Shown one piece after another: positions 19,750 through 27,066 of a DNA stretch of 38,615 nt. The stretch is from Odoribacteraceae bacterium. GTDB lineage: Bacteria; Bacteroidota; Bacteroidia; Bacteroidales; Marinifilaceae. The number at the start of each line of letters is the position of its first letter. Position 1 is the stretch's first letter. The stretch is taken from contig JAIROI010000097.1 of NCBI GenBank assembly GCA_031257615.1, positions 2,808 through 41,422 of the forward strand. The letters run 5' to 3'. Both the position numbers and the translations under genes were made by a program. The notes beneath the pieces were generated by a model that saw nothing but the letters and a program-made list of their open reading frames with translations, had not been told where the DNA came from and did not search any database.

Positions 19750-20937
19750 ATGGGAAAGGAAAACAAGCTGCACGTCATCCTCCTCGGACGACGAAACAAC
19801 GGCAAGAGTTCGCTCCTCAACGCCATCACCGGCCAGGAGGTCGCCATCGTCTCCGACACCCCCGGCACCACCACCGACCCCGTCCGCCGCGGCTACGAGA
19901 TCCCCGACCTCGCCCCCGTCGTCTTCATCGACACCGCCGGCGCCGACGACAACGGCCCCCTCGGCGATAAACGCGCCCGCGGCACCGCCCGCGCCATCGA
20001 ACAGGCGGACGTCGCCATCCTCGTCATCGCCGGCAACCGCTTCGAGACCCCCGAGGAGACGCTGGCGCGAAGACTTGTCGACGACGAGCTGCCCTTCTTT
20101 ATCGTCCACAACAAGAGCGACGAGCAGTCCCTCTCCCCCACCCTCCGCGCCCGCCTCGTCGAACGCTACGGCGCGCCGGTGGTCGACTTCTCGGCAACCC
20201 GCGACGCCGATGCCTCTCCCCTCCTCGACGCCCTCCGGGAGGTCGCCCGGCAGGTCGCGGCCGCCCCTCTTTCCCTCCTGGGCGACCTCTTGTCGCCGGG
20301 AGACCGCGTGGTGCTCGTGGCGCCCGTCGACTCGGAAGCCCCGGCCGGCCGACTTATCCTGCCCCAGGTGCAACTCATCCGCGACGTCCTCGACAACCAC
20401 GCCACCGCCGTCGTCGTCCAACCGGAGGAACTGCCCCGCGCCCTCGACGAGCCCGCGCGCCTGGTGGTCACCGACAGTCAGGCCTTCGCCCGCGTCGCCG
20501 CCATCGTCCCCGACAGCGTGCCCCTCACCAGCTTCAGTATCGCGCTGGCCCGCCACAAAGGCCCTTTCCGCGAGTACCTCCTCGGCGCGCCCCGCGTCGA
20601 CGACCTCCGCGACGGCGACCGCCTCCTGATCCTCGAATCCTGCTCGCACCACGTCACTTGCGAGGACATCGGCCGCCACAAGCTCCCCGCCTGGATAAAC
20701 CAACGCCTCGGCAAGTCCCTGCACTTCGATTTCGTCGCCGGCCGCGATCCCATCCCTCGTCCCGTCACCGACTACGCCCTTGCCATCCAGTGCGGCGGCT
20801 GCATGGTCACCCCCCGCCAACTCTCCAACCGCCTCCACCCCCTCCTCCGCGCCAACATCCCCCTGACCAACTACGGCCTCCTCATCGCTTACCTCAACGG
20901 CATCTTCCTCCGGGCTACCCGACCCTTCATGCCATAA
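19750..20937 (+). CDS. hydF: [FeFe]-hydrogenase maturation GTPase HydF
   Basis: 395 aa. GTPase motifs are GRRNNGKSS, DTPG and HNKSD. The C-terminal cluster motif is C-S-H ... 50 residues ... Q-C-G-G-C. Confidence 0.85.
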   Translation: MGKENKLHVILLGRRNNGKSSLLNAITGQEVAIVSDTPGTTTDPVRRGYEIPDLAPVVFIDTAGADDNGPLGDKRARGTARAIEQADVAILVIAGNRFETPEETLARRLVDDELPFFIVHNKSDEQSLSPTLRARLVERYGAPVVDFSATRDADASPLLDALREVARQVAAAPLSLLGDLLSPGDRVVLVAPVDSEAPAGRLILPQVQLIRDVLDNHATAVVVQPEELPRALDEPARLVVTDSQAFARVAAIVPDSVPLTSFSIALARHKGPFREYLLGAPRVDDLRDGDRLLILESCSHHVTCEDIGRHKLPAWINQRLGKSLHFDFVAGRDPIPRPVTDYALAIQCGGCMVTPRQLSNRLHPLLRANIPLTNYGLLIAYLNGIFLRATRPFMP

Positions 20938-21019
20938 CCCCGCACCGTCTCGCGGATCCCCTTTTTATTCGAGCAGTTGATTGCTTTTACTACCTTTGGG
21001 CTGGAATAATGACTACAAG

Positions 21020-22642
21020 ATGACAACCGTAAATAAACTCATTCTCGGTGACAACCTCGAAATCCTGAGAACGATGGAACCCGAAACGGTGGATTTGATC
21101 TATCTCGACCCGCCCTTCTTTTCCAACCGCAACTACGAGGTAATCTGGGGAGACAGCGGCGAAGTGCGCTCGTTTCAAGATCGCTGGGCAGGCGGTATCG
21201 ACCATTATATTGCATGGCTTAAAGAACGCGTCGCCGAAATGCACCGCATACTCAAACCCACAGGCAGCATCTTCCTGCATTGCGACTGGCACGCTAACGC
21301 CTATATCCGCGTGGAGATTCTGGATAAGATTTTCGGATATGGTAATTTTAGGAATGAAATATTATGGTTGAGAACAACCAACTCAGGTTCATCAAAAGCG
21401 ATCGCAAAAAGATTACCAAACGATACAGATAGTGTTTTTTATTATTCAAAATCAGTAAATTGTACTTTCAATAAAATAATGAGAGGACATGGTGAAGAAT
21501 ATTTACAAAGATTTAAGTATAAAGATGATTATGGCTTCTATCGTTGGCAAGCGCTAAAAACTTATTCGCAAGAAACTTACGATAGGTTAGAAAAAGAAAA
21601 TAAAGTTAGAAAAAGCGCAAATGCCAAATACCCTGAATTTAAGCAATATTTTCACGAACTAAAAGGTGGAGTTTCCCTTAATAATTTATGGAATGATATT
21701 AATGCCATAAATCCAATGGCAAAAGAAGTTATCGGCTATCCCACCCAAAAGCCCGAAGCCCTTTTGCAACGCATTATCGAAATGGCAAGCAACGAAGGCG
21801 ACATCGTTTTAGACCCCTTTGTCGGTGGCGGGACAACCGTTGCTGTTGCCGACAGACTGAACCGACGCTGGATTGGAATAGACCAGAGCGTACAGGCAAT
21901 CAAAGTGACGGAATTGCGTCTGGACAAACAGCATGATTTGTTCAGCGCCCCCTTTATCGTGCAACTGCACAAATACGATTACGACACGTTACGACATAAG
22001 AACGCGTTTGAATTTGAAAACTGGATTATTCAGCAGTTTGGCGGCGCGGGCAATGCCAGGCAGCGGGGCGATTTCGGTCTCGACGGCAAGATGCCCGACA
22101 ATACGCCCATACAGGTAAAACGTTCCGATAACATCGGACGCAACGTGGTCGACAATTTCAAGTCGGCAGCAGAACGTAGCGACAAAAAACTGTTCGATAA
22201 AAACGTCGCCAACGGAAAACCTGTCGGCTATATCATCGCTTTCTCGTTTGGCAGGGGCGCGGTCGAAGAAGTCGCCCGCCTGAAACTGAAGGAAAACATC
22301 ATTATCGAATTGGTCGCGGTCAACAAGATTGTGCCAATAGCAATGAAACCAACCCTTACAATCGAAATCAACGAACTCGACCGCGACGCGAAGGGCGTCC
22401 GGGAAATCGAGTTTGTAGCTAAAGGCGCGAGCGAGGCAGGCATCGAATTTTACAGCTGGGACTTCGACTACAACGCCGAGAAAGGCTTCAAAGCCTCCGT
22501 CATGATCGACAGGGAAGGCCGGCAAACCGCTAAATTCAAGGCAGGACTTCACAGTGTCGCCGTGAAAGTGGTCGATAACGACGGGTTGGAGAATATCGAG
22601 GTTGTCAGGTTAAAAGTGAACGGGACGGTGGAAAGACAGTAA
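21020..22642 (+). CDS. Beta-class N6-adenine/N4-cytosine DNA methyltransferase fused to an Mrr-like PD-(D/E)xK nuclease domain and a PKD-like domain
   Basis: I placed the start at MTTVNKLILGDNLEIL (ATG 21020). Motif IV (IYLDPPFF) comes first and motif I (VLDPFVGGGTT) about 245 aa later, which is the beta-class permutation. Next comes FEFENWIIQQFGG...GDFGLDG...IQVKRSDNIGRNVVDNF (Mrr-cat-like D...D..QVK). The C-terminus reads FYSWDFDYN...HSVAVKVVDNDGLE (PKD-like). GC content is much lower than in the neighbouring genes. Confidence 0.85.
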   Translation: MTTVNKLILGDNLEILRTMEPETVDLIYLDPPFFSNRNYEVIWGDSGEVRSFQDRWAGGIDHYIAWLKERVAEMHRILKPTGSIFLHCDWHANAYIRVEILDKIFGYGNFRNEILWLRTTNSGSSKAIAKRLPNDTDSVFYYSKSVNCTFNKIMRGHGEEYLQRFKYKDDYGFYRWQALKTYSQETYDRLEKENKVRKSANAKYPEFKQYFHELKGGVSLNNLWNDINAINPMAKEVIGYPTQKPEALLQRIIEMASNEGDIVLDPFVGGGTTVAVADRLNRRWIGIDQSVQAIKVTELRLDKQHDLFSAPFIVQLHKYDYDTLRHKNAFEFENWIIQQFGGAGNARQRGDFGLDGKMPDNTPIQVKRSDNIGRNVVDNFKSAAERSDKKLFDKNVANGKPVGYIIAFSFGRGAVEEVARLKLKENIIIELVAVNKIVPIAMKPTLTIEINELDRDAKGVREIEFVAKGASEAGIEFYSWDFDYNAEKGFKASVMIDREGRQTAKFKAGLHSVAVKVVDNDGLENIEVVRLKVNGTVERQ

Positions 22643-22665
22643 TACCCCGCGTTATAGATTCCCTT

Positions 22666-22743
22666 TCATAAAAAGATTCCATTGAAGGGCCGCGTAGCTG
22701 CCTACCCTTTATTCGCGGCTGCCTAAGGCTGCCGCGTAAAACA
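22666..22743. repeat. Solo REP/BIME-like unit (copy of the 27.07-27.8 kb repeat family)
   Basis: CATAAAAAGATTCCATTGAAGGGCCGCGTAGCTGCCTACCCTTTATTCGCGGCTGCCTAAGGCTGCCGCGTAAAACA. Its 3' 17-mer GGCTGCCGCGTAAAACA is identical to 27779-27795 and is the exact reverse complement of 27067-27083. Confidence 0.9.
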
Positions 22744-22768
22744 TAGTCCATATTTCCACTTCGCGGAT

Positions 22769-22804
22769 CCCCGAAAATAAAGAGACGCCCCGTCGGGGGC
22801 GTCT
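22769..22804 (-). terminator. Rho-independent terminator of htpG
   Basis: GAGACGCCCC-GTC-GGGGCGTCTC (22782-22804). On the minus strand it is followed by TTTATTTTCGGGG. It lies 40 nt past the htpG stop. Confidence 0.7.
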
Positions 22805-22843
22805 CCTTCTCGCGAACAGCGCGAGCGCCTATCCGAAGACGAT

Positions 22844-24856
22844 CTATATCAACTCGACGCTGCGCTTCACGAAGCGCGCCAGATCCTCGCCTTTTAATTG
22901 CCCGTGGGCCAGGAGCGCGAGATCGATCAACTGCCGCACCACCTTCTCCTCCTTGCCGTACTCGCCCAGCAGCGACCGCCGCTGTTCCTTCAGTTCGGTG
23001 ATCTCCTTGTCAAACTCCTCGGTTGGGTTCTCCTCCTTCGCGTCCTTGGCCGCGTCGCGTTTCGTCTCCAACTCCTTGATCCTGTCGTGCAGCGGCCTCA
23101 ACTCCTCGCCGAGCGCGGCCTTCTCGCGCGTCATCACCTCCTTGTTCAGGCGGTGATCGGTATTCACCACCAGCGAGAAATGATCGTCGAACGCGCCATA
23201 AAAACTCGCCTCGGGATTCATGGCGGCCATCTCCTTCATCCGTCGCGTAAACTCCGAGCGGGTCACCACCACCGGGTCATTCTCCTCCCCCAGCGCCTCG
23301 AAAGTCACCGAATAGCGCGCCTTCCCTTCCGGCAACTGGGTCGAAAACAGCTCCCTGGCCTCCGTCTGCTCCTCGTCGTTCCACGCGCATTCCCGCGACT
23401 CCTCCTTCTGCACCAGCTTGTCGATCACCTCCGAATCCACCCGGGCGAAGCGCGCCTTCTCGTTCTTCCGCTCCTCGTGATGCATGAAATGGGAATCCAG
23501 CTGCCCGTCCATCAGCAACACGTCATACCCGCGCGCCCTTGCCTTCTCGATATAAGCGTATTGCTCCTGCTTGTCCGTCGCGTAGAGATAGATCAACTGC
23601 CCGTGCTTGTCCGTCTGCCCGGGCTTGATCAGTTGCTCGTACTCCTCGAGGGTAAAATACCTGTCATCAGTATTCTTGAACAGGAACAGGCCGCGCGCCC
23701 GCTCCTCGAACTTCTCGTCGGTCAGCATCCCGTACTGCACGAACACCTTCAGGTCGTCCCACTTCTGCTGGTACTCCTCCCGGCGGTTGGCGAAAATTTC
23801 GCCCAGGCTATCCGTCACCTTCTTCGTCACGTGGCTCGAAATCTTCTTCACGTTCCTGTCCGACTGCAAGTAAGAGCGCGACACGTTCAGCGGGATATCC
23901 GGCGAATCGATCACCCCGTGCAGCAGCGTCAGGAACTCCGGAACGATCCCCTCCACCGAGTCCGTCACGTAGACCTGGTTACAATAGAGCTGTATCTTGT
24001 TCTTCTGCAAGTCCATTCGCGAATCCACCTTCGGAAAATAGAGAATACCGGTCAGGTGGAAAGGATAATCCACGTTCAGGTGGATATGGAACAGCGGCTC
24101 GTTGGCCATCGGGTAGAGCTTCCGGTAGAACGACGCGTAGTCCTCCTCTGACAAATCGGCAGGCTTCCGCGTCCACGCCGGGCGCGGGTCATTGATCACG
24201 TTATCCTCCCCCGTCTCCCGGTAACTCCCTTCCTTCCACTCCTTTTTCTTCCCGAACGCGATCTCCACGGGCAGAAACCGGCAATACTTCTCCAGCAACC
24301 GCCCCACCGTGCTATCCTCCAGGAACTCTTTCTCTTCCTCGTTGATATGCATGATCACGTCCGTCCCCCTCCGTTCCCTCTCCGCGTCCTCCAGCGAGTA
24401 CTCCGGCGTGCCGTCGCACGACCACCTTACCGCCTGGCTACCTTCCCGGTACGACCGCGTCACGATCTCCACCCGGTCGCTCACCATGAACGCCGAGTAG
24501 AACCCCAGACCGAAATGGCCGATCATCGGCGTCTCGTCCTTGTACTTCTCCAGGAACTCCTCGGCCCCCGAGAACGCGATCTGGTTAATATACCGCTCCA
24601 CCTCCTCGCGCGTCATCCCGATACCGTTATCGGAAACCGTCAGCGTGCCCGCCGCCTTATCCGCTTTCACCCACACCTTCAGCTCTCCAGCCTCCTCCTT
24701 CAACTCGCCGCTCGAGGCCAGCACCTGCAATTTCCGCGTCGCGTCCACCGCGTTCGACACGATCTCCCGGAGGAAAATCTCGTGATCCGAATACAAAAAC
24801 TTCTTGATGACAGGGAACAAATCCCCGGTCGAAACTCCTATCTTTCCTGTTGTCAT
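22844..24856 (-). CDS. htpG: Molecular chaperone HtpG (Hsp90)
   Basis: 670 aa. The GHKL ATPase N-terminus (LYSDHEIFLREIVSNAVDA...DNGIGMT...GHFGLGFYSAFMV) and the full-length middle and C-terminal domains are present. Confidence 0.97.
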   Translation of the reverse strand: MTTGKIGVSTGDLFPVIKKFLYSDHEIFLREIVSNAVDATRKLQVLASSGELKEEAGELKVWVKADKAAGTLTVSDNGIGMTREEVERYINQIAFSGAEEFLEKYKDETPMIGHFGLGFYSAFMVSDRVEIVTRSYREGSQAVRWSCDGTPEYSLEDAERERRGTDVIMHINEEEKEFLEDSTVGRLLEKYCRFLPVEIAFGKKKEWKEGSYRETGEDNVINDPRPAWTRKPADLSEEDYASFYRKLYPMANEPLFHIHLNVDYPFHLTGILYFPKVDSRMDLQKNKIQLYCNQVYVTDSVEGIVPEFLTLLHGVIDSPDIPLNVSRSYLQSDRNVKKISSHVTKKVTDSLGEIFANRREEYQQKWDDLKVFVQYGMLTDEKFEERARGLFLFKNTDDRYFTLEEYEQLIKPGQTDKHGQLIYLYATDKQEQYAYIEKARARGYDVLLMDGQLDSHFMHHEERKNEKARFARVDSEVIDKLVQKEESRECAWNDEEQTEARELFSTQLPEGKARYSVTFEALGEENDPVVVTRSEFTRRMKEMAAMNPEASFYGAFDDHFSLVVNTDHRLNKEVMTREKAALGEELRPLHDRIKELETKRDAAKDAKEENPTEEFDKEITELKEQRRSLLGEYGKEEKVVRQLIDLALLAHGQLKGEDLARFVKRSVELI

Positions 24857-24888
24857 AACATTAAATTTAATTGAAACACTCGCCGCCG

Positions 24889-24904
24889 GGCAATTGCCGT
24901 GCCA
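24889..24904 (-). promoter_or_regulatory. Candidate sigma-54 (-24/-12) promoter of htpG
   Basis: The minus strand reads TGGCACGGCAATTGCC, compared with the consensus TGGCACG-N4-TTGCW. The GG and GC dinucleotides have the canonical spacing. The GC lies 33 nt upstream of the htpG ATG. Confidence 0.5.
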
Positions 24905-24931
24905 CGCGCCACCACTGACACTCTGTCACCC

Positions 24932-25249
24932 CTAAAACACGTCAAACCCCAGCTCCAGCCGCGCCGTCTCGCTCATCCGCTCCGGCCCCCAAGGCGGGTC
25001 GAAAACCAGCTCCACCTCAGCCCGTTGCACTCCCTCCACCCGCGCTGCCGCCTCGCGCGCCTCCTCCGCGATCTCGTCAGCGATCGGGCAACCCGGCGCC
25101 GTCAGCGTCATCCGCACCCTCACCTCCCCCTCCGCCGGGAAAAGTATATCATAAACAAGCCCCAAATCCCAGATATTCACCGGGATCTCCGGGTCGCGAA
25201 CCGTCATCAACTGTTCAATGACCCGTTCCCTCAGTAGATTCTCGTCCAT
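24932..25249 (-). CDS. DUF59/SufT-like Fe-S cluster assembly protein
   Basis: 105 aa. VRDPEIPVNIWDLGLVYDI...MTLTAPGCPIADEI is the MIP18/DUF59 signature. Confidence 0.85.
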   Translation of the reverse strand: MDENLLRERVIEQLMTVRDPEIPVNIWDLGLVYDILFPAEGEVRVRMTLTAPGCPIADEIAEEAREAAARVEGVQRAEVELVFDPPWGPERMSETARLELGFDVF

Positions 25250-25252
25250 CGG

Positions 25253-25669
25253 TCAACCCTTGAAAGCGATCGCGTAATACTTGATTTGCTTCACCATGGC
25301 CAGCAACCCGTTCGAGCGCGTCGGGTTCAGGTGATCCCGCAGCCCGATCTCGTCGATAAACTCCAGCCCCGCCGCCTCGATCCCCGCCGGCGGCTGCCCA
25401 GAGAAGACCCGCACCAGCAACGCCACCATCCCCTTCGTGATGATCGCGTCGCTATCTGCCTGCAAGTAAAGCCTCCCGTCGCGCGCCTCGGCGTGCAGCC
25501 ACACCCGCGACTGACACCCCTTGATCAAATTCTCGTCCCCCTTCCACCGCTCCTCCATCGCCGGCAACGCCGTCCCCACCTCGATCAGGTAAGCATACTT
25601 GTCCATCCAGTCGTCGAAGGCGGCAAACTCCTCGACAATCTCCTGTTTAATCTCATCAATACTCTTCAT
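25253..25669 (-). CDS. sufE: Cysteine desulfuration protein SufE
   Basis: 138 aa with the conserved active-site context IKGCQSRVWL and a DSDA.ITKG block. Confidence 0.9.
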   Translation of the reverse strand: MKSIDEIKQEIVEEFAAFDDWMDKYAYLIEVGTALPAMEERWKGDENLIKGCQSRVWLHAEARDGRLYLQADSDAIITKGMVALLVRVFSGQPPAGIEAAGLEFIDEIGLRDHLNPTRSNGLLAMVKQIKYYAIAFKG

Positions 25670-25714
25670 ACGCGTGTTATTTACGCCGCGAAGATAACGC
25701 TTTTCCCCGTCCTC

Positions 25715-26410
25715 CTACGGGATCACCAGGTAAGCGATGGACGTCCAGGGTCCCCGCTTGCCGCGACTGTTCACCCACCGCATCGAGAAATAAAAACGCT
25801 TCCCCTGGTCGCTGTCCGAGAAGGTAATATTGAGCGGCGACTTCGTGCTGGAAAAGTGCATGGTCAACTCCGCGTGAGTCACGTCCGCGTGCGCGCCGGG
25901 GAAGATCGCCCCGGCAAGCTCCATCTCCTGCTGACCCTCCGGCTTCCCGCCCCTGGTCATCCCATCGCCGTGGAAATCAATAAACACGTACTGCGGCCCG
26001 GCGATCCTCACGCCGTAACGCACCAACTCCTTGCTGGTCTCAGCCAGTCTCCTTGTCCCGCTTGGCCTTGGCGGGAAATCGAGCCGCTCCAGGTCGGCGT
26101 CGGTCACCAGCGGGTTACTGGTTATCATCTTCATGATCACCCGGTAGACGGGCAACGCCTCTTTCGTCGCGCTTTTCAGGTTCATGCTATCGACCGGCCT
26201 GCGCATCGGTTCAATATACCACGCGTCATGAAACCTCTGGAACGCCTCGAACTTCGGAAACACCTCTTCTTCAAAGTAATCCCCCTGCGGGCTGCCCTTT
26301 GCATACCCCGTCCGTTCCCTGAACTCGGTATTAAACGCCCCCGCGAACACATCGATCTTCCCTCGTATCCCGTTATACGACGTTGGTTCCCAATAATGTT
26401 TTCTGCTCAT
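25715..26410 (-). CDS. Hypothetical protein, C-terminus FN3/Ig-like
   Basis: I took the start at the ATG (MSRKHYWEPTSYNG, 26410). The track ORF starts at a TTG at 26509, inside the 21-bp array. The C-terminal strand pattern KRFYFSMRWVNSRGKRGPWTSIAYLVIP resembles the last strands of an FN3-like domain. I recognised no family. Confidence 0.6.
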   Translation of the reverse strand: MSRKHYWEPTSYNGIRGKIDVFAGAFNTEFRERTGYAKGSPQGDYFEEEVFPKFEAFQRFHDAWYIEPMRRPVDSMNLKSATKEALPVYRVIMKMITSNPLVTDADLERLDFPPRPSGTRRLAETSKELVRYGVRIAGPQYVFIDFHGDGMTRGGKPEGQQEMELAGAIFPGAHADVTHAELTMHFSSTKSPLNITFSDSDQGKRFYFSMRWVNSRGKRGPWTSIAYLVIP

Positions 26411-26439
26411 GTCTCTCAGTTTTAAAATTAGTACTCTAT

Positions 26440-26670
26440 CATTCACCCACCATCGCGGGCCTCTCATTATCTCGTCATCATCCCTCACCATCCCCTCGTC
26501 ACCTCTCAACTACGCTCCATCGCCTCTCACCATCGCCTTGCCATCTCTCACTGTCCTCTCATCAACTCTCACCATCCCCTTGCCATCTCTCACCATCGCC
26601 TTGCCATCTCTCACCATCCCCTCATCAACTCTCAACCACGCTCCATCGCCTCTCACCATCGCCTTGCTGA
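26440..26670. repeat. 21-bp tandem array 1 (~10-11 units, CTCTCACCATCGCCTTGCCAT-like)
   Basis: Units start at 26461, 26482, 26503, 26524, 26545, 26566, 26587, 26608, 26629 and 26650, with a degenerate one at 26440. Two alternating unit flavours occur (…CATCGCCTTGCCAT and …CATCCCCTCATCAA). Confidence 0.9.
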
Positions 26671-26686
26671 CGCTTATCATCATCAT

Positions 26687-26854
26687 CCGGCGCTGCCGAA
26701 CTACTATCCGGCGCTGCCGAATTACTATTCGGCGCTGCCGAACTGCTATTCGGCGTCGCCGATCTGCTATCCGGCGTCGCCGATCTGCTATCCGGCGATG
26801 CCGAATTGCTATCCGGCGTCGCCGATCTGCTATTCGGCGATGCCGCAAATATAC
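26687..26854. repeat. 21-bp tandem array 2 (8 units, CCGGCGCTGCCGAACTACTAT-like)
   Basis: Units start at 26687, 26708, 26729, 26750, 26771, 26792, 26813 and 26834 (the last is degenerate). Confidence 0.9.
26847..26854 (-). promoter_or_regulatory. Possible -7 promoter box (TATATTTG) reading into arrays 2 and 1 and the 25715-26410 gene
   Basis: The reverse complement of CAAATATA reads TATATTTG and matches TAnnTTTG. This is a single-motif call only. Confidence 0.25.
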
Positions 26855-26930
26855 ATCAAGCGCCACTAAGTTGCAAGTGAATCTCCGCAATGAGTATTTA
26901 TCTTTTATCAAGTAGTCCGCAAGCGTCACC

Positions 26931-27058
26931 AAGGGGACAATGAGAGACAACAAGGAGACAGTAAAGGACAACAAGGGGACAATGAAAGCCAACAAGGGGA
27001 CAATGAAAGACGATAAGAGGACAGTAAAGGACAATAACAGGACAATGAAGGACAACAA
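26931..27058. repeat. 21-bp tandem array 3 (6 units, AAGGGGACAATGAAAGACAAC-like)
   Basis: Units start at 26931, 26952, 26973, 26994, 27015 and 27036, with a partial unit at 27057. Confidence 0.9.
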
Positions 27059-27066
27059 GCGGATTT

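Noticed and set aside
18229-20838. 869-aa minus-strand ORF spanning amtB 3', the sigma-54 activator and hydF.
   Set aside because: It has the same shadow composition (G/D/E/V/A runs) and no motifs. The + strand genes are clearly real.
25715-26509. The track start (TTG at 26509) for the orphan gene, giving an N-terminal MRGDEGMVRDDDEIMRG extension.
   Set aside because: That extension is simply the translated 21-bp array. The first ATG with a non-repeat sequence is at 26410. The longer frame is kept only as a hypothesis in the findings.
26510-26512. The in-frame TAG as evidence for stop-codon reassignment.
   Set aside because: TAG terminates the CYTH gene, amtB (followed by TAA) and htpG at positions consistent with full-length homologues, so it is a normal stop in this genome.
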